A DNA stretch of 64,000 bases from NCBI GenBank assembly GCA_051294375.1, contig CM119268.1:6581232-6645231 (forward strand), given 5' to 3'. Position numbers and translations under genes: made by a program. The stretch is from Paraspadella gotoi. Its lineage: Eukaryota; Animalia; Chaetognatha. This document shows, piece by piece, positions 1-16,654 of this stretch (the stretch's first letter is position 1; every line of letters starts with the position of its first letter). The notes beneath the pieces are model-generated. The model saw nothing but the letters and a program-made list of their open reading frames with translations. It ran no database searches and had not been told where the DNA came from.

Positions 1-1760
<1,760 letters not shown>

Positions 1761-2429
1761 GGTGCTTGTTTTCCCTTTCGTTTCCTACGTCATTTTTCGT
1801 CCACGAAAACGAAGTAAGTCGAAAATTCTTCCTAAAATTTAAAAGTAAAAAGATTTAGAAACAAAAAGGGAAAAAGTTTATAAGACATGCAACACTTTCT
1901 TGGGCCCTTTCCTCCCGCACTCCTACATAGCCAAAAGTTAAAATGTAATTGATTTATTAAAATATCAAATTCAAACGCCTTCCAAAGAATCAAAACGGCC
2001 ACGCTTCCCTACTTTTTCCCCCCCTTTTTCTTGGACAAAAAAAAAAAAAAAAATTCCAATAAACACACGAAGTCCATAAAAAAAAAGGATTTCGGGTCCA
2101 ATATTCGATTCCGGTGTCCAGTTTCATGCGACGGTTTTTGGAATTCCCTCCCGGATGTCCATTTTCTCTACTCAACCCCCCCAACCCCATTTAGACCCTT
2201 CTTCCGCTTTCATTTTTTACTCTCTCCTTTTTCCTCCCTAGATCTCTTTCCTTTCCTTCACTTCTCTATTAGGACCGCCTTCTTATCCTTTTCTCAAAAT
2301 ATTTTCTTTTCTTTTTCTTTCGCTCTCTGACTCTTTTTTCCTCCCACTCCCTTGTTCGGCTCCAACGTGGACATTCTATGGGCGAAGAGCAATGGGCATT
2401 CTGTCCATCGTTTCTCCCTCTTTGATGCC

Positions 2430-2935
2430 TAACTTTCTTTTCTTTTCTTTTCTTTTTCTTTTCTTTTCTTTCTTTCTTTTCTTTTCTTTTCTTTCTTTTC
2501 TTTTCTTTTCTTTTCTTTTCTTTCTTTTCTTTTCTTTTTCTTTTCTTTTCTTTCTTTTCTTTTCTTCTTTTCTCTTTTCTTTTCTTTTCTTTTCTTTTCT
2601 TTTCTTCTTTTCTCCTTTCTTTTCTTTTCTTTTCTTTTCTTTCTTTTCTTTTCTTTTTTTCTTTTTTTTTTCTTTTCTTTTTTTCTTTTCTTTCTTCTTT
2701 TTTTTCTTTTCTTTTCTTTTCTTTCTTTTCTTTCTTTTCTTTTCTTTTCTTTTCTTTTCTTTTCTTTCTTTCTTTTCTTTTTCTTTCCTTTTTTTTCTTT
2801 TATTTTCTTTTCTTTCTTTTCTTTTCTTTTCTTTTCTTTCTTTTCTTTTCCTTCCTTTCTTTCCCCTCCTTTCCTTTCCTTTCCTTTCCTTTCCTTCTTT
2901 CTTTCCTTTCCTTCTTTTATTTTCTTTTCTTATTC
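2430..2935. repeat. (CTTTT)n-type polypyrimidine tract
   Basis: About 500 nt almost entirely C/T; copies at ~7580-8110 and ~19700-20235. Confidence 0.95.
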
Positions 2936-3178
2936 CTGATTCCCCAAAGTCGGTCAACGAATTTCTTGTTCTCCTCTGGAATCGAGGACTTCATCAACGA
3001 TTCCACTTCTCAACTTTTTGACTTCAGGCCGTTTTGTTGTTGTTGTTATATTGTTATTGCTTTAGAGATACAAGAAATTTTTATAAGGTTGTGTTGTTAC
3101 CCTCGCAATCAATGTCCCCTGGATTACTTGGGTTATGGTCTCTCTCTCTCGCTTTCTTTCTTTATATTGGGTCTCCCC

Positions 3179-3224
<46 letters not shown>

Positions 3225-3227
3225 TCT

Positions 3228-3262
<35 letters not shown>

Positions 3263-3539
3263 CCTCTTCCATTATTAATTTAATAGCAAATATTACATTT
3301 TTCATGTGTTTTCTCCGGACATAAGTTACTTTTACGAACCATAAATATGACCCTAAACTTAATTAGTTAGAAAAATTGCCCAGGCTCAAGCCATCCTTTT
3401 ATATTTTATATTTTATATTTTATAACCCGAAAAGTATTATTTTCATTTTCTCTCTCGCCTTTTTCTTCTCCTTCGTATCTTTCTTTTTTCCCCCAAAGAA
3501 AATATTTTTTTCTTACATTCGCACGAGATGTCCGGCTTT

Positions 3540-4120
3540 TCTTTCCTTCCTCCCTTTTTTTCTGCATTCTTTCTTCTTCCTTCCTAATTACTGCATTCTC
3601 CCTTCCTTCCTCTTTCCTCTCTCTTTTTTTTTGTGCATTCTTTCTTTCCTCCTTTCCTATTTCCTGCATTCTCCCTTCCTTCCTCTTTCCTCTCTCCTTT
3701 TTTGTGCATTCTTTCTTTCTCTCTTTCCTATTACTGCATTCTCCCTTCCTTCATCTTTCCTCTCTCCTTTTTTGTGCATTCTTTCTTTCCTCCTTTCCTA
3801 TTTACTGCATTCCTCCTCCTTCCGCTTTCCTCTCTTTTTTTGTGCATTTCTTTCTTTCCTCTCCTATACTGCATTCTTCCTTGCATCCCCTTTCCTCTCT
3901 TTTTTCTTCATTCTTTCTTTCCTCCTTTCCTTTTTCTTTCCATCTTCCTTCCTTCCTCTTTCCTCTCTCCTTTTTTTGTGCATTCTTTCTTTCCCTCCTT
4001 TCCTATTTACTGCATTCCTCCTTCCTCCGCTTTCCTCTTCTTTTTTTGTGCATTCTTTCTTTCTCCTTTCCATTTTCTGCATTCCCTCTTCCTTCCTCCT
4101 TCCTCTCTCCTCCGCATTAT
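3540..4120. repeat. Pyrimidine-rich minisatellite with recurring TGCATT anchor
   Basis: Degenerate units such as tgcattctttctttcctcctttcctatttac and tgcattctcccttccttcctctttcctctctcctttttttg alternate; copies at ~8740-9310 and ~20870-21455. Confidence 0.85.
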
Positions 4121-6709
4121 TCATTTATTCTCGTTACCCTCATTTCCCTTTTTGATTTATGATTCTGATTCGTGTATCCAATTCCAAATTCCCAAATTCC
4201 ACAGATTCCCAAGTCCAGAGTCTTTTGTCCACCTCTTGGCCCTTTCTTATCTAATTCACCCGAGCCTCCCCTTCCATTCCAGTTCGTCCACTGTCTCCAC
4301 TGTCCGCTGACCAGTGACCACTCCAATTTTGAAATGCATTGACTCCATAGAGATTAGTATGTATATTTCAAATCGTGTATCAAAACTTTGATAATTTTAC
4401 ACCGTGAATCTGCCACTCAAAATACATTTTCACGAGCCTCACCCTTAAAACGTCAAAAATTTTCACCCTTCACTCATCGCATTCCACCCCTTTTTTTTTT
4501 TTTTTTTAAAAATCCGAGGAAAAACGTGAGTCTCAAGCAATTTTCGAATAAAGTCACACTTCTATCACGCCTGAATATATCCTGTGACGAAAATCCCAAC
4601 ATTATCTCAACTCTTTCACCGAACCTTGCCAACCCTCTCCCTGCCAAGGATGTCGAGTCCGTTCGTCGCCCGGAATGAAATGCCGTCTCCCTTTTCATTT
4701 TCTCAGTTGGTCGCGTTTTTTCTGTTTGCTGCCTGAACGATTTTCGCTCCGCTTAGCCGACGATTCCTAACAAAGCACGAAAACGCTCTTTTTTTTCTTC
4801 CCGCTCTCTCCGGCTATTTTTACCAAAAGGCCATTCGGGCATCTCGTTTCGCGAAGTTTCTTTCTTTCCTTTTAAATTTTTGCGATTTCTTGGTAAATTA
4901 CTAAATTTTTTTTCCCCGATGATGTAGTCATTGGGTTGTTTTTTTTTTTTATCCCCTTTGCGCTTCTGTTTTTTAAATCTTGCTGCTTTAAACTTTATTT
5001 TTTTTCTTTTTTTTTGTATATTCTTTTCGTCACTTTTTTTCATTTAGACTTCTTTTCTTCTTTTGTTTCTTTCTCTTTTCTTATTCTCTTTTTTTCTTGT
5101 CTTCCTTTTCTTTCTTTTCTTTTCTTTTCTTTTTCTTTTCTTTTTTTAGGTAATTTTTTCCCGTTTTCTTCCTTCTTTTATTTCAGTTTTATTTTTTATT
5201 TTTCCCGTCCCAATGCGTATTATTTCTTATCTTTTCTTTTTTCTTTATTACATCTTTTCTTCTAACATAACTATTTTAAATTTTTATTATTAATGTATTT
5301 TACTCAAATATACATTAAATGTTACACAAATCCAAATAGTTAAATGCAGCAAGTTGCAACCGAATAAAAAAAAACTAATCAAAATAAAATACTCATATAA
5401 ACAAATTCTTATTAGATACAAACGCGTTAGTTCAAAACTATTGCAGTACAATAAAAAAAAAGATATCAGTCAAGTGTCAACCCAGTTTGAATGACGTGTT
5501 CTACTCCCATTAGGCAAGAGAGAGAGAGGGACGAGAGAGCAGAGAGAGCACGAGAGAGAGAGAGAGAGAGCGCTCATCTTCCAATCGTTTCCCTTTGTCA
5601 ACCATCTTCCTTTCCAATATCCCAAAAATTAACTCTTCCCCTTAACTCACCCTCCCTTTTAAACGAGAGCTACGTAAAAATACCGACCCCGATTCTTTGT
5701 TTGTTTTACCCCACCCTCCACCCCACCCCCAAAGCTCTGTAAACCGATAAACTTACCCTGTTCGAGTTTCGCGGCGTGGCGGCGGCGACGTGCTGTTCTT
5801 TCTCCGTTTTTTCGTGTTTTCATGTATTTTTAATCATGTCGGTCGTCATGGACTTTGGGACGCGCCGCGCAAACAATCCGAGTCGTCGAAACTGGAATCC
5901 AATCGAGATAAAAAACGAAGTTCGAGGACGTCGTCGCGGAAGGCCAACGACGGAAGAAAATTGGGAAGACGACGAGGAGGAGAGGAGGAGGAGGAGACGA
6001 CGACGACGACGACGAAAATCGCAGAAAATGAGAAAAAAAAAAATAATGATTTAAAAAAAACGTTTCATGATGATGATACAATCCGTTTTTGTGGTTCTTG
6101 AGTATCGAGAAACGAAAAAGATGGAGAGATGATAGAGAGAGAGACGAAAAGAGAGAGAGAAATATACGGCGTCGCGCATTCCTTCGCACAGCTCCATCAA
6201 GCGGCGTTCGAAACTGAAAAGCGCGGCGCCAACTCACGAGAAAACGGCCTAAAAAAAAAAGACAAAAAAACAACAACAACAAAAAAACAAAGTGACGTCT
6301 TAGATCCTTTTCTTTTTCTTTGTTTTTTTTTATCGAATTGCAAATTTCGAAATTCGAATCTTTTTCTTTTTCTTTTTTTTCTTTTACGAGGACAAACTTG
6401 TTTTCCGCTCGAATACAAAAAATGTCTTTTTCTCGATGGGGAAATAAATTAAATTTATCTTCGTTTTCTTTTTATGTAACACGTCTGAGTACACGAAATA
6501 ATGTAAGTTGCAATTCGAAAACAATATTTTCTTTGTTATCAGGGCCTGATTTGTTTAACACTTATTGTCTGTTTTTTTTTAAAAAAAAAAACGATTTAAG
6601 AATAACCTGTCACTTGTCCATACTTTCTCTTTCAAATATCAATCTTCTTGTAAACTATTGTACTTAACACTAAATTATGAATTATAAATAATATAAAATA
6701 ATCTCTTCT

Positions 6710-6751
<42 letters not shown>

Positions 6752-6851
6752 TGAACGGACCCACTGTAACCTTATAGGACCTTCTTGCAGAAGGTACCTA
6801 GGTCCATGTACAATTATCTATCTATCTATCTCTCTCTCTCTCTCTCCCTAC

Positions 6852-6900
6852 CAACGCCGCTGCTGCCCTTGGCTATGAGATCCATAGTGAGTTTCACCAT
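6852..6900 (-). pseudogene. PPP1R42: Orphan duplicate of PPP1R42 exon 1 with no downstream exons
   Basis: Identical to 1712-1760 (MVKLTMDLIAKGSSGV), but followed on the minus strand by the end of the previous repeat unit rather than exon 2. Confidence 0.7.
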
Positions 6901-7703
6901 GGTGCTTGTTTTCCCTTTCGTTTCCTACGTCATTTTTCGTCCACGAAAACGAAGTAAGTCGAAAATTCTTCCTAAAATTTAAAAGTAAAAAGATTTAGAA
7001 ACAAAAAGGGAAAAAGTTTATAAGACATGCAACACTTTCTTGGGCCCTTTCCCTCCCGCACTCCTACATAGCCAAAAGTTAAAATGTAATTGATTTATTA
7101 AAATATCAAATTCCAAACGCCTTCCAAAGAATCAAAACGGCCACGCCTTCCCTACTTTTTCCCCCCCTTTTTCTTGGACAAAAAAAAAAAAAAAAGATTC
7201 CAATAAACACACGAAGTCCATAAAAAAAAAGGATTTCGGGTCCAATATTCGATTCCGGTGTCCAGTTTCATGCGACGGTTTTTGGAATTCCCGTCCCGGA
7301 TGTCCATTTTCTCTACTCAACCCCCCCCAACCCCATTTAGACCCTTCTTCCGCTTTCATTTTTTACTCTCTCCTTTTTCCTCCCTAGATCTCTTTCCTTT
7401 CCTTCACTTCTCTATTAGGACCGCCTTCTTATCCTTTTCTCAAAATATTTTCTTTTCTTTTTCTTTCGCTCTCTGACTCTTTTTTCCTCCCACTCCTCTT
7501 GTTCGGCTCCAACGTGGACATTCTATGGGCGAAGAGCAATGGGCATTCTGTCCATCGTTTCTCCCTCTTTGATGCCTAACTTTCTTTTCTTTNNNNNNNN
7601 NNNNNNNNNNNNNNNNNTCTTTTCTTTTTCTTTTCTTTTCTTTCTTCTCTTTTCTTTTCTTTTCTTTCTTTTCTTTTTCTTTTCTTTTCTTTTCTTTCTT
7701 TTC

Positions 7704-7734
<31 letters not shown>

Positions 7735-8350
7735 CTTTTCTTTTCTTTTCTCTTTTCTTTTCTTTTCTTTTCTTTTCTTTTCTTTCTTTTCCCTTTCTTT
7801 TCTTTTCTTTCTTTTCTTTTCTTTTCTTTTCTTTTTTTCTTTTTTTTTTTTCTTTTCTTTTTTTCTTTTCTTTCTTCTTTTTTTTCTTTTCTTTTCTTTT
7901 CTTTCTTTTCTTTCTTTCTTTTCTTTTCTTTTCTTTTCTTTTCTTTCTCTTTTCTTTTTCTTTCCTTTTTTTTCTTTTATTTTCTTTTCTTTCTTTTCTT
8001 TTCTTTTCTTTTCTTTCTTTTCTTTTCCTTCCTTTCCTTTCCCCTCCTTTCCTTTCCTTTCCTTTCCTTTCCTTCTTTCTTTCCTTTCCTTTCCTTTTAT
8101 TTTCTTTTCTTATTCCTGATTCCCCAAAGTCGGTCAACGAATTTCTTGTTCTCCTCTGGAATCGAGGACTCATCAACGATTCCACTTCTCAACTTTTGAC
8201 TTCAGGCGTTTTGTTGTTGTTGTTATATTGTTATTTGCTTTAGAGATACAAGAAATTTTTATAAGGTTGTGTTGTTACCCTCGCAATCAATGTCCCCTGA
8301 TTACTTGGGTTATGGTCTCTCTCTCTCGCTTTCTTTCTTATATTGGGTCT

Positions 8351-8438
<88 letters not shown>

Positions 8439-10752
8439 CCTCTTCCATTATTAATTTAATAGCAAATATTACATTTTTCATGTGTTTTCTCGGACATAAG
8501 TTACTTTTACGAACCATAAATATGACCCTAAACTTAATTAGTTAGAAAATTGCCCAGGCTCAAGCCATCCTTTATATTTTATATTTTATATTTTATAACC
8601 CGAAAACGTATTATTTTTCATTTTCTCTCTCGCCTTTTTCTTCTCCTCTCGTATCTTTCTTTTTTTCCCCCCAAAGAAAATATTTTTTTCTTACATTCGC
8701 ACGAGATGTCCGGCTTTTCTTTCCTTCCTCCCTTTTTTTCTGCATTCTTTCTTTCTTCCTTTCCTAATTACTGCATTCTCCCTTCCTTCCTCTTTCCTCT
8801 CTCTTTTTTTTTGTGCATTCTTTCTTTCCTCCTTTCCTATTTCCTGCATTCTCCCTTCCTTCCTCTTTCCTCTCTCCTTTTTTTGTGCATTCTTTCTTTT
8901 CTCTTTCCTATTTACTGCATTCTCCCTTCCTTCATCTTTCCTCTCTCCTTTTTTTGTGCATTCCTTTCTTTCCTCCTTTCCTATTTACTGCATTCCTCCT
9001 TCCTTCCGCTTTCCTCTTCTTTTTTTGTGCATTTCTTTCTTTCCTCTTCCTATACTGCATTCTTCCTTGCATCCCCTTTCCTCTCTGTTTTTTCTTCATT
9101 CTTTCTTTCCTCCTTTCCTTTTTCTTTCCATCTTCCTTCCTTCCTCTTTCCTCTCTCCTTTTTTTGTGCATTCTTTCTTTCCCTCCTTTCCTATTTACTG
9201 CATTCCTCCTTCCTCCGCTTTCCTCTTCTTTTTTTGTGCATTCTTTCTTTCTCCTTTCCTTTTTCTGCATTCCCTCATTCCTTCCTCCTTCCTCTCTCCT
9301 CCGCATTATTCATTTTTCTCGTTACCCTCATTTCCCTTTTTTGATTTATGATTCTGATTCGTGTATCCAATTCCAAATTCCCAAATTCCACAGATTCCCA
9401 AGTCCAGAGTCTTTTGCCACCTCTTGGCCCTTTCTTATCTAATTCACCCGAGCCTCCCCTTCCATTCCAGTCTGTCCACTGTCTCCACTGTCCGCTGACC
9501 AGTGACCACTCCCAATTTTGAAATGCATTGACTCCATAGAGATTAGTATGTATATTTCAAATCGTGTATCAAAACTTGATAATTTTACACCGTGAATCTG
9601 CCACTCAAATACATTTCAGCAGCCTCTACCCTTAAAACGTAAAATTTTCACCCTTCACTCATCGCATTCCACCCTTTTTTTTTAAAAATTCCGAGGAAAA
9701 ACGTGAGTCCTCAAGTCCAAAATTTTCGAATAAAGTTCACTTCATACACGCTGACATCATATCCTGTGACGAAAATCCCAACATTTTCTACTCTTCACCG
9801 AACCTTGCACCTCTCTCCTCCCCTGCCAAGGATGTCGAGTCCGTTCGTCGCACCGGAATGAAATGTCCGCTCCCCTTTTCATTTTCTCAAGTTGGTCGCG
9901 TTTTTCTGTTTGCTCCTGAACGATTTTCGCGGTCACGTCTTAGCCGACGATTCCTAACAAAAGCACGAAACGCTCTTTTTTTTTTTTTTCTTCCTCGTCT
10001 TTTTCTCTCCGTGCTATTTTTACCAAAGGCCATTCGGCATCTCGTTCGTCGAAGTTTCTTTCTTTCCTTTTTTAAATTTTGCGATTTCTTGGTAAATACT
10101 AATTTTTTTTCCCCGATGATGTATCATGGTTGTTTTTTTTTTTATCCCCTTTGGCTCTGTTTTTTTTTAAAATCTTGCTGCCTTTAAACTTTATTTTTCT
10201 TTCTTTTTTTTTGTATATTCTTTTCGTTCACTTTTTTTCATTTAGACTTCTTTTCTTTTCTTTTGTTCTTTCTCTTTTCATTTTATTCTCTTTGTTTTCT
10301 TGTTCTTTTCCTTTTCTTTTCTTTTCTTTTCTTTTCTTCTTTCTTTTCTTTTTTAGGTAATTTTTTTTTCCCGTTTTCTTTGCTCTTCTGTTTTATTTCA
10401 GTTTTATTTTTTATTATTTTTTTCTTATTTTTTCCGTCCCAATCGTATTATTTTCTTATCTTTCTTTTTTCTTTATTCATCTTTCTTCATAACTATTTTA
10501 AATTTTTATTTATTTAATGTATTTTACTCAAATATTACATTAAATGTTAACAAAAATCCAAATAGTTAAATGCAGCAAGTTCAACCTAATAAAAAAAAAC
10601 TAATCAAATAAACATACTCATTATAAACAAATTCTTATTGATACAAATCGCGTTAGTCAAAACTATTGCAGTACAATAAAAAAAAGATATCAGTCAAGTG
10701 TCAACCCAGTTTGAATGACTGTTCTACTCCCATTAGGCAAGGAGGAGAGAGG

Positions 10753-10790
<38 letters not shown>

Positions 10791-11929
10791 CCTCATTCTT
10801 CCAATCGTTTCCCTTGTCAACCATCTTCCTTCCATATCCCAAAATTTAACTCTCCCCTTAACTCACCCTCTGCCTTTTAAACGAGAGCTACGTAAAAATA
10901 CCGACCCGATGTTTTGTTTGTTTTACCCCACCCTCCACCCCCCCCCACCAAGCTCTGTAAACCGTAAACTTACCCTGTTCGAGTTTCGCGGCGTGGCGGC
11001 GGGCGACGTGCTGCTTCTTTCTCGCTGTTTTTTCGTGTTTTCATGATTTTTATCATGTCGGTCGTCATGGACGTTTGGGACGCGCCGCGCAAACAACCGA
11101 GTCGTCGAAACTGGATCCGAATCGAGTAAAACGAGTTCGGAGGACGTCGTCGCGAAGGCCAACGACGGAAGAAAATTGGAGAAGACGACGAGGAGGAGAG
11201 GAGGAGGAGAGACGACGACGACGACGACGAAACGTCGCAGAAAATGAGAAAAAAAATAATGATTAAAAAAAAACGTTTCATGATGATGATACAATCGCGT
11301 TTTTGTGTCTTGAAGTATCGAGAACGAAAAAAGATGGAGAGATGGATAGAGAGAGAGAGAAATAGAGAGGAGAGAAATATACGGCGTCGCGCATTCCTTC
11401 GACAGTCTCCATCAAGCGGCGTCGAACTGAAAAGCGCGGCGCCAACTCGACGAGAAACGGCGCTAAAAAAAAAGACAAAAAAAACAACAACAACAAAAAA
11501 ACAAAAGTGACGTCTTAGATCCTTTTTTTTTCTTTGTTTTGTTTTTATCGAATGCAATTTCGAAATTCGAATCTTTTTCTTTTTCTTTTTTTTCTTTTAC
11601 GAGGACAAACTTGTTTTCCGCTCGAATACAAAATGTCTTTTCTCGATGGAAATAAATTAAATTTATCTTCGTTTTCTTTTTATTAACACGTCTGAGTACA
11701 CGAAATAATGTAATGTTGCAATTCGAAACAATATTTTTCTTTGTTATCAGTGGGCCTGGATTTGTTTAACACTTATTGTCTTTTTTTTTTAAAAAAAAAC
11801 GATTTAAGAATAACCTGTCACTTGTCATTACTTTCTCTTCAAATATCAATCTTCTTGTAAACTATTGTACTTAATACTATAAATTAGAATTATAAAATAA
11901 TATAAAATAATCTCTTCTCTTTTCTTTCC

Positions 11930-12769
11930 TTTCCTTTCCTTTTCTTTCCTTTCCTTTCCTTTTATTTTCTTTTCTTATTCCTGATTCCCCAAAAGTCGGT
12001 CAACCGAATTTCTTGTTCTCCTCTGGAATCGAGGACTTCATCAACGATTCCACTTCTCAACTTTTGACTTCAGGCGTTGTTGTTGTTGTTGTTATATTGT
12101 TATTGCTTTAGAGATACAAGAAATTTTTTATAGGTTGTGTTGTTACCCTCGCAATCAATGTCCCCTGGATTACTTGGGTTATGGTCTCTCTCTCTCGCTT
12201 NNNNNNNNNNNNNNNNNNNNNNNNNNNNNNNNNNNNNNNNNNNNNNNNNNNNNNNNNNNNNNNNNNNNNNNNNNNNNNNNNNNNNNNNNNNNNNNNNNNN
12301 NNNNNNNNNNNNNNNNNNNNNNNNNNNNNNNNNNNNNNNNNNNNNNNNNNNNNNNNNNNNNNNNNNNNNNNNNNNNNNNNNNNNNNNNNNNNNNNNNNNN
12401 NNNNNNNNNNNNNNNNNNNNNNNNNNNNNNNNNNNNNNNNNNNNNNNNNATAAGTTACTTTTACGAACCATAAATATGACCCTAAAACTTAATTAGTTAG
12501 AAAATTGCCCAGCTCAAGCCATCCTTTTATATTTTATATTTTATATTTTATAACCCGAAAACGTATTATTTTTCATTTTCTCTCTTCGCCTTTTTCTTCT
12601 CTCTCGTATCTTTCTTTTTTTTCCCCCCAAAGAAAAAGATTTTTTTTCTTACATTCGCCACGAGATGTCCGGCTTTTCTTTCCTTCCTCCCTTTTTTTCT
12701 GCATTCTTTCTTTCTTCCTTTCCTAATTACTGCATTCTCCCTTCCTTCCTCTTTCCTCTCTCCTTTTTT
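11930..12769. repeat. Partial third copy of the duplicated unit (equivalent to ~2880-3630)
   Basis: Same unique segments (ctgattccccaaagtcggtcaac..., cgagatgtccggc...). It starts in a CTTT tract and ends at a 25-N gap. Confidence 0.85.
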
Positions 12770-13236
12770 NNNNNNNNNNNNNNNNNNNNNNNNNATTCAA
12801 GATTTTAAGTGGAAGACTCAAGTTAAAGACTGTGACGGGTTTACCTTTATACATTTTTGAGAATTTCCTAGAAACTGCAACTTTTGACTTATTAGTATGT
12901 TACTTTAAATATCATTATATAATAAATAATTAATTAATTATTACCAAACAAGCGAAAAATAATAACGAATAAATTCATGTATACTTTACTGAACGAGAGT
13001 TTCGATACCAAAATAAAATTCAACAAGCATGAACTAAAATTCGCGAATGGCTAATCAATGCGTCGATATTTTTTAGTAATTGTACTATTTAAGTCGAAAT
13101 TATTAACAATATACGAAATAATCCGCTCAACCTCCGCTTACTAACAAAGATCAATATGAAAAGCGTAACTGTTTTATTTATCAATGAATCGTTAATAACA
13201 TACAAAATTAAAAAAAAAAAAAAAAGAATAAATGTT

Positions 13237-14181
13237 TTATTTCGACGTCTGCCTCATGTTGATCCGCCACCCATCGCGCCCACTTTGCGCTCTCATCCAA
13301 AAGTAAGGATCTTCAGCCCCTGACGTCTTTTGTTTTCCTTTTTGTTTCTGGTGAAGACGTCGTCGATAGGTGGCAGGGTTTCGATGAGGCGGGCTCTGTC
13401 GGCCCGTAGACGCCGAGCGGCCGACGCCGACCATCGGCGCCGCGCTAACCCCTAAGCGATGACCGCCGGAAGCTCCTGTAGTCGATGACAGTGTTGAGTA
13501 TTAGATTATGTGTATGAATAAATGTTAATTTGAATTTTAATGTTTACCTCCGTTAGGCGTTCCTCTCAGGGCCCCATGACGTTCCTCCTCCTCCGCCGAC
13601 GTACAACTCTTTTGATCTTGGATGAACTGAATGTACAAAGTGAATGAATTATGAATAAATGAATTATTAATATTAGTGATTACTCAACCTTATTAAATGT
13701 TGAAAAAATAAGAATTTATCCGCCTTTCTGAGCATAACAATTCCTTTGGCCCAAAACTGCCGAATTTGTAATTTTAAATGTAGCCAATGTGAATCATTTA
13801 TGCCCAGAAAAAACTTTACCTATTCTCCCGAATGTTTATTGTTTAAAGTTGCTTAAACTATTTATTAATCAACTTCTCAATAGGTTGTTTGAGCGCAAGT
13901 CAATTACGAAAAGTGACGGTTTCTAACGAGCTTAATTTAGATAATATTATTAATTAAGTATAAATAAGTTAGTTTCTATTTTTTGACTCACTAGCCTATA
14001 AATTTTTTTTACTAGCCTACATAATACACACTACGGATCAAGCAGCGTAAAAGAGGAGTGGCGCGGTTTATACCCGGGCTCTGACGACAATATTTTCTCT
14101 TTTTAGTTGTTATCTCATTGCGAGAATTCTTTTCTTTTCGTTGTGTATCGAATTAGATTGAGATGAATACAAAGTCTCTCT

Positions 14182-14245
<64 letters not shown>

Positions 14246-14413
14246 CTCTCTCTTGTACTCACAAAATTTCAATTTCCTTTCCTCACCTTCTCTCTCTCTT
14301 TCCCCAAACTTAACCTGTCCTCACATTTCAACACTGGTCTGTCTCACAGTCTTTGTTGGCACTTCTCCTCTCTCTCCTTCTCTCTCTCCCCTCTCTCTCT
14401 CTCTCTCTCTCTC

Positions 14414-14448
<35 letters not shown>

Positions 14449-16610
14449 GTGATTTGGAATAAACCAAATTTGTAAATTTCAAAGCGCTATGAAGGCTTAA
14501 ATAAAATCTACGTTGTTAGAAAAGACTTGTCTTTACCTCAATCTCAGTTTTATCCTCATATTTTCGTTTCATTTTTTCTCTAATTGTGTTTTCCTTTATA
14601 ACTAAAAAGGACAACAGTTGACAGCTTCGATTGGAGCCCCGTTATAACCGACGCGATTTAATTTTACCCACTTAATAAAATGAATTTGGATGACATTGTC
14701 ACAGGGGGGGAACGATATTATATAGTGTTTTTTGTTAACGTTTTACTCTGAAGTCCTTAAAATTCAAAAGAAAAGACAAAAAAAATAAAAAATATTTAAA
14801 AGTTTAAAAAATTTAGTAAAACTTTGGCACTCTGTGTCCCAAAAAAATCAGGCAATCTTCATCCATGAAGACATCCCTGCATCATCATCGCAAGCAATAA
14901 GTGGCAAGCATTCGTCAAGCTTCGACCGACCTGAACTCACCCGGTGCAGCCTCGTAAGCGGCTTCAGAGCATGGAGGTTCTCAACGGTCATATTGGGTCT
15001 AAAGAAAATGATATAACTCAATCCCTTTGCCAAATCTTAAAATCTCGAATGACAATTACGATCGAGACATTCCCACCAGCCATGAAAAGCGAGCGCCGGT
15101 CCGACGTAGTTCAGACGGAAACCCTTGTTTCCGAGGACGGGGCTCCGGATCGTCCCCTTGCTACCTTTGCTCCTTCCGCCACTGTCGAGAGGAAAAGTAA
15201 CTGTCACGACTATTTTCCCAAAAAAAATCGGTCCGAAATTGGCCTGCCAAGCGAGAAAATAAGACGCAAATTGCAATTTGGGTTAATTGGGCGAATTAGG
15301 AGAGTGAAATAGTTGATTTGGCCGATCTTTTTATGAAAAACAAGTGCAGTGCAACGCGCGTAGAGAGTAATAACTTCGAATTCGCGAACTGAGATCAAAG
15401 TTACTGCTACATATATATTATATAAGTTTTAACGAAACTGATGTACAATTTAAGTTTTGAAGCCTAAAAATAAATTCAGCTTTATCCGTTTCAAATCGGT
15501 AACGTCTCACGGTCTCAGTGAGTATCGCGCGGATTAGTACCTTTCGCTTTGGGCACAGAAGTAAATTACTGGGCCTTAAATTTTGTTAAACACGAAAAGA
15601 AATTAAAAAAAACAAAAGAAAACAATCGAGCGAAAAAAAAAGATTTTTCGACGGTAGTAGTTTTTAACGAGAGAGAGAAATAGAGTTAAAAAAGCGACAT
15701 CTACAACGTTCCGAACATGCCGAAACGGAGACGCGAGGCAAAACTCTGCACCTGTCGATGCATCGTCTGGATCGCGCCAGCACCTCTTCGAAGCGGCCGA
15801 TGCGGGAGGCGTTGGCATAGTAGGACGAGACCACTAGACCTGGGCGGCGGCCGCGTCACCTCCGCTAGATATAGGAAAAAGTGAAAAGAGACATTAGATG
15901 AGGAGTGTGAGTGTGAGAGTAAAATTCAAGACGTGAACTTTAAAAAAAAGACCGAGTCACCGTCACCGTGAATAAGGAACCCGAGTCCAAAGTCAAGTGC
16001 CAAAATTTGTGAACGCTCGTTGTACATATTTACTAAGAATTAACAATAAGCGATATTCATTTGCCGTAACCGTGTTTGTACAAATAGGCCAAAAAAAATA
16101 TTTTTTCGGGTAACAACGAAACAAATAACCAGAGAACATTATTTAGAAAACAAACAGAAAATCGTTTAAAAACCCCGAAATAGCTATCGATCTCTCCGCG
16201 AATCATCGATCACCGGTAAAGTTAAAATGGCTAAATTTGGGAAAACGAAAGTTGCTGTATTAGGATAAGTAATTGGATAAAATAGCCAACATTCTTTGAC
16301 GGTCCTCTTTCGCCGGAATTCCTCATTCCCCGCCAGCCCATCCACTCACACAAACAAACAAGCATTTCTCTCTCGCCCATTCTCTATTTCCCTTACCGGG
16401 ACTTGTCTCTCTTCGCCGTCCGCCAGCGGCGTCTCGTCCCGTCGATTCGCTTGGTTCATTTGTTTTGGCGCGTTGGAGACCTCGCGCCGACGGGAGCGCA
16501 CGCGACGTCATGACCGCCGCACGTCATCGTGATCTCCTTTCCGTCGAGAACGTCGAGGGGGACAGCGTTTGACCAGCGTTCGCGATATCTGATTGATTGA
16601 TTGATTGATG

Positions 16611-16654
<44 letters not shown>

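Noticed and set aside
2376-4310. Long F/S/L-rich and K/R/E-rich ORFs, including their copies at 7.5-9.4 kb and 20.7-21.5 kb
   Set aside because: Translations of CTTTT and minisatellite tracts that simply lack stop codons.
14834-15560. ORFs and a weak inverted-repeat pair within a PPP1R42 intron
   Set aside because: No recognisable domain, and the match (ctgtgtcccaaa / tttgggcacag) is too short to call an element.
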